A DNA stretch of 63,973 bases, counting the filler, from Reclinomonas americana ATCC 50394 (Eukaryota): NCBI GenBank assembly GCA_048213135.1. It is 7 parts of 3 records of this genome, joined end to end, with 100 filler letters (N's around TTAATTAATTAA, not from the genome) between each part and the next. Parts side by side here need not be neighbours in the genome. Positions count along the whole stretch, not along the records: positions 62,490 to 63,973 come from PS015122.1; 6 more parts are not named here. One strand, 5' to 3'. Shown in pieces: positions 63,947 through 63,973 of the stretch. Numbering within the stretch: position 1 is the first letter of the stretch; each line of letters begins with the position of its first letter. A model generated the notes under the pieces. The model made no database searches and was not told where the DNA came from. It saw only the letters and a list, made by a program, of their open reading frames with translations. Made by a program: the position numbers and the translations under genes.

Positions 63947-63973
63947 GTGAGTGGCTTTCATGTTTTTCGCGAC

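Overview
Draft-assembly window from an intron-rich microbial eukaryote, with N gaps and six artificial TTAATTAATTAA linkers. Positions 1-8192 hold an apparently intact DIRS-type tyrosine-recombinase retrotransposon on the minus strand. It has a spliced Gag-YR fusion frame, a fully nested RT-RNaseH-methyltransferase frame that opens at a UUU_UUU_CGG candidate +1 frameshift site, and a TTT terminus with a complementary internal region. The host genes are a DDB1/SF3B3/Mms1-family propeller protein, a long coiled-coil protein, a CSN2-like 5' fragment, three intronless WD40 paralogs sharing a C-terminal tail, V-ATPase subunit B, an alphaproteobacterial-type (probably mitochondrial) FtsZ, a CLC channel, a Crinkler-type NTPase-REase gene, a gamma-butyrobetaine dioxygenase-like enzyme, FOPNL/CEP20 and an Ariadne RBR ligase. 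The most striking signal is in splicing. About 15 introns begin with the invariant heptamer GTTGCGT (plus GTTGAG/GTTTCGT variants), which is the normal GTGCGT/GTGAGT donor shifted by one extra U. There is also a probable 3-nt microexon and complementary purine/pyrimidine tracts at the ends of long introns. Gene models were derived by hand from reading-frame and motif continuity; no transcript data or database searches were used.
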